This document shows, piece by piece, positions 61,236 to 64,000 of a stretch of 64,000 nucleotides of DNA; position 1 is the first letter of the stretch, and every line of letters begins with the position of its first letter. The stretch is from a virus (taxonomy: Duplodnaviria > Heunggongvirae > Uroviricota > Caudoviricetes): the IMG/VR virus record IMGVR_UViG_3300023297_000003. The stretch is one strand, 5' to 3'. The position numbers were made by a program, and so were the translations under genes. Below the pieces are notes generated by a model. The model worked only from the letters and a program-made list of their open reading frames with translations, was not told the DNA's origin and ran no database searches.

Positions 61236-61754
61236 ATGGGCTTCACCGAACGACGCACTATCGCTCGCTTCCTTCTCCAGGACGGGGCCATCACCCGCAC
61301 TGTGGATGTAGAGGCACCACCGGGGGAACGAGACCCAGCTTGCAAGGTCATTGAGCAACCGAGTGGGGCCTTGGGTGTCAGCTTCATAGACCAAGTCGTA
61401 GCCGAGGTTGAAGACCCAGCGACGGGTGATCCAATCATCTGCTGCTCGGCTCCCCTCTGGAAATCCGCAGGTACCTTCTACTTCCGGGGGTTGGTGGCGA
61501 CTGAGGATGACATCCGAGCAGGTCGAGTGTCATTCCCTACGCTGGTACATCAAAACATCCAGAATCAAATGGTAGCACACGAGTGGAATCTCATCATTTA
61601 CTTCGAGGGGGGCCAACTCTTCCTGCCCTTCAACCCGAAGGTAGACCTTGCACCCAACGCAATCGGGATGTTCCAGATGCAACACGCACTCCTTCCTGAC
61701 AGAGTCATTGGTCCTATAACATTGGGGGTGTGGATGTACCTGGGAGCAGACTAG
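61236..61754 (+). CDS. Hypothetical protein
   Basis: 172 aa ORF. Confidence 0.55.
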   Translation: MGFTERRTIARFLLQDGAITRTVDVEAPPGERDPACKVIEQPSGALGVSFIDQVVAEVEDPATGDPIICCSAPLWKSAGTFYFRGLVATEDDIRAGRVSFPTLVHQNIQNQMVAHEWNLIIYFEGGQLFLPFNPKVDLAPNAIGMFQMQHALLPDRVIGPITLGVWMYLGAD

Positions 61755-62785
61755 GTCAGTTCCCAACTCGGACGTCCGCCGAAGGGTCCGGCCTCGGGAG
61801 TACCCGTGATCTCGGAGTTGTTCGTGACCCGGCAGGTACGCCAAGACTGGCCCACCGACTCCCTGTCCGTCATTCGACGCCAGGTCTGCCTGGCCCCTGA
61901 GTAGAACTTCTTCCCTCCGACGACGGGGTAGTTCCCGTCCGCACCGAACCTATAGATGCCGCTCGGAATGGGCTGGCCGGGGTTGTGGGGATCCTCCAAC
62001 CAGAAGCCGTCGTCGCCGCCCACCTTGATGGCCAGGACGATGTGATGGGACATGGGCAGCACGTTGACCTGATTCAGCCACTCCCACTGTGTGTAGAGGG
62101 TGGACATGGAAGCCTTCCGTAGCCGGGTGCCATCCGATTCGCAGTACTCAGCGAAGCCAGGGATCTTCGTGTTCTTGTAGATTTTGTCATGGGGCCAGTC
62201 CACAATGTAGGAGGCGCTCCTCCCGACCCTGAAGTTGAAGTCCCCGTTGGCGGCGAGCCACCAGCCCATGAACCATCCGGTCCAGGGGCTGCACGTCCCA
62301 CCGTGGAGAGGTGCCTTAAGGTCGTGGCCCGGAGCGACCGACGAGATGGAACCATCGGGCATCGGGAAGCCCAGATCCCCCGCTCGGAACTCTTTGCTGC
62401 CGTACAGGTAGGGGTTCGACCAGCCGCAGTAGTGGAAGCCCTGGCCACCGTCGCAGGTCTGCTGGAGCTTGAGTGCATCGCTGAACCGGCGGTCCCGCTC
62501 GTTCCGGGGCAGACCGCAAGGAAGGGCGATGACCTCAGCGTAGGTGTCGATGATGCTTGGGTCCACGGGAACCGTGGGGGCGATGGCATCCAATGCTGCC
62601 CAGGTCTGGTTGCCGACGATCCCGTCAGTTGTCAGACCCTTGTGCTTCTGGAAAGCCTTGACAGCGATGTCTGTCCCGCCCCCGAAGATGCCGTCGATGG
62701 GACCACACCCGAACCCCGCCTGAGTCAGCTTGTCCTGAAGGACCGCAACCTCGACCCCTCGCATCCCTCGTCTCAGTGTCGTCAT
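61751..62785 (-). CDS. Peptidoglycan-binding-domain protein, putative cell-wall hydrolase
   Basis: LRRG..G.EV..LQ..L...GF..G.IDGIFG..T..AVKAFQ...GL..DGIVG..TW; GTCS...HH possible Cys-His dyad. Confidence 0.8.
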   Translation of the reverse strand: MTTLRRGMRGVEVAVLQDKLTQAGFGCGPIDGIFGGGTDIAVKAFQKHKGLTTDGIVGNQTWAALDAIAPTVPVDPSIIDTYAEVIALPCGLPRNERDRRFSDALKLQQTCDGGQGFHYCGWSNPYLYGSKEFRAGDLGFPMPDGSISSVAPGHDLKAPLHGGTCSPWTGWFMGWWLAANGDFNFRVGRSASYIVDWPHDKIYKNTKIPGFAEYCESDGTRLRKASMSTLYTQWEWLNQVNVLPMSHHIVLAIKVGGDDGFWLEDPHNPGQPIPSGIYRFGADGNYPVVGGKKFYSGARQTWRRMTDRESVGQSWRTCRVTNNSEITGTPEAGPFGGRPSWELT

Positions 62786-62833
62786 AGTGCCCCCTTGGCG
62801 TTACTGCCTAAGAACACTGTACCAATAGGAGGC

Positions 62834-63928
62834 TTATCGAGGACGCTTCATCAGAGAGATTCCCACACCGTCACCCATCGGGATCGTCGTGGCGATAACT
62901 TCTTTCCCCAGGACACCCTGCCGGTAGTAAAGGTGGACCTTGCGTCCGCCCGTTTTGGGAAGAGCCTCAGCGAGGATCTGTTGGGTGGCTTGGGATGAGG
63001 ACAGGAGCAGCACAAAGTCGGAGCGGGCAGCCACGAGAGACCGTACAAGGTCCGTGTGCCGCCCCTCCAAATGGAACTCGAAGTTACCACTTCCAGGCCA
63101 CGGTGGATCGGCAATGATCACCCGACCCTCTTTGTCTACACCATTCCCGAGAACCTCAGAGAAGTCCAGGCGTGTCAGGGTTGCCCCCTGGAGCGCCCTC
63201 GTGACCCCCTCTACGGCTTGCACCGGAGGTTGGCGTGAGGACCCCGGTGGCCCCTCGGCGGGCGAGTTAATCCGTTTGGCGGACCCTGAGCTAAACATCC
63301 GGGATGCCCAGTAAAACAGAGCCGACCCCAGGGGGTCCTCCAGAGGGTTTTCCATGGCCTCTTGGTAACGGGAGAGCAGCCTGTCTCTAGGCCATGTCTT
63401 GCACATCTGCCCTCGGAGCGCCCGGATATCAGCCAGGAGAGGATCCGGGTCAGACACCAGATCATTGGTGAACCGCCAGAGGAGGGGATGCAGGTCGTTC
63501 CAAGCCACCACGGTGCCCCCATATTCGGACACAGCCATCGCTATCTTGCTGGCCCCTCCGAACAGGTCGATCACCTCTCTACCTGCCATGAAGGGAGCGA
63601 TGGTTTTTCGGGCAACCGCCCCAGGCCAGGGGAAAAGATACTGTGGGGATGCTGAAGCCTTATCGCATGATTGGCGGACCCTGTTCCTGTAGTTTTTGTT
63701 CTTTTTCCGTACCCTTTCCAAACATCTTACACAAAGACGGACACTGCCTCCAGTACGATCACTCCCGCAGGCAGAACAAAGACCCTTCTCTGCAAGATCA
63801 CTCTGTCTCGTTCTAATCTTTTTGCGACAAGCAGAACAATAATTGTGGCCACTCATCACTTCATCAGGGGGAAACGGTTTCCGACACTTGGGGCACTGCC
63901 CTCTAAGGGACGCCCGAAAACGTCCCAA
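62834..63928 (-). CDS. Dam-like DNA adenine methyltransferase with N-terminal Zn fingers
   Basis: FPWPG, IDLFGGA, WNDLHP, IADPPW; CxxC repeats. Confidence 0.75.
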   Translation of the reverse strand: MGRFRASLRGQCPKCRKPFPPDEVMSGHNYCSACRKKIRTRQSDLAEKGLCSACGSDRTGGSVRLCVRCLERVRKKNKNYRNRVRQSCDKASASPQYLFPWPGAVARKTIAPFMAGREVIDLFGGASKIAMAVSEYGGTVVAWNDLHPLLWRFTNDLVSDPDPLLADIRALRGQMCKTWPRDRLLSRYQEAMENPLEDPLGSALFYWASRMFSSGSAKRINSPAEGPPGSSRQPPVQAVEGVTRALQGATLTRLDFSEVLGNGVDKEGRVIIADPPWPGSGNFEFHLEGRHTDLVRSLVAARSDFVLLLSSSQATQQILAEALPKTGGRKVHLYYRQGVLGKEVIATTIPMGDGVGISLMKRPR

Positions 63929-64000
63929 CGCATTTTGGATGTCAAGGACACTGCGTCCAGGAAGAAGGTTGAGAGAGTGGATCTTGGTAGTCGTCAGACC

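Noticed and set aside
1-64000. Stop-codon reassignment
   Set aside because: Recognisable genes are full length in code 11 and end at TAG, TGA and TAA; the only stop-type anticodon is in a non-canonical RNA

Overview
GC-rich segment of a large (jumbo-type) tailed bacteriophage genome; the Cys-rich lipoproteins and gene content weakly suggest a deltaproteobacterial/myxobacterial host. Bases 1-46.4 kb are almost all on the minus strand. They contain about 25 tRNA genes in arrays, many tRNA-like and other structured ncRNAs, several free-standing homing endonucleases, a deamidating NAD salvage set (PncA, PncB-like, NadD, NadE, Nudix) interleaved with a vWA/PP2C/kinase triad, and Thg1, NADAR, RNase HII and a DNA methyltransferase. 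Bases 46.4-61.8 kb are mostly plus strand: methyltransferase, CoaB-like protein, HD hydrolase, RNA ligase, rIIA/rIIB and virion proteins. Three TnpB genes lack a transposase. The stand-out locus (9.1-18 kb) is a putative ubiquitin-like conjugation system (ThiF E1, Ubl, JAB peptidase, E2-like protein). It is led by a large vWA protein that looks like a divergent TROVE/Ro60. It is preceded by an array of Y-RNA-like tRNA mimics sharing a covarying bulged-stem module, found in both normal and circularly permuted form. A promoter-like motif, GGATCATC-N13-GAGTAG, occurs 17 times, always in the direction of transcription. A leader-peptide attenuator with a boxA-like element precedes the main tRNA array. 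All family calls are motif recognition by eye; no searches were run.
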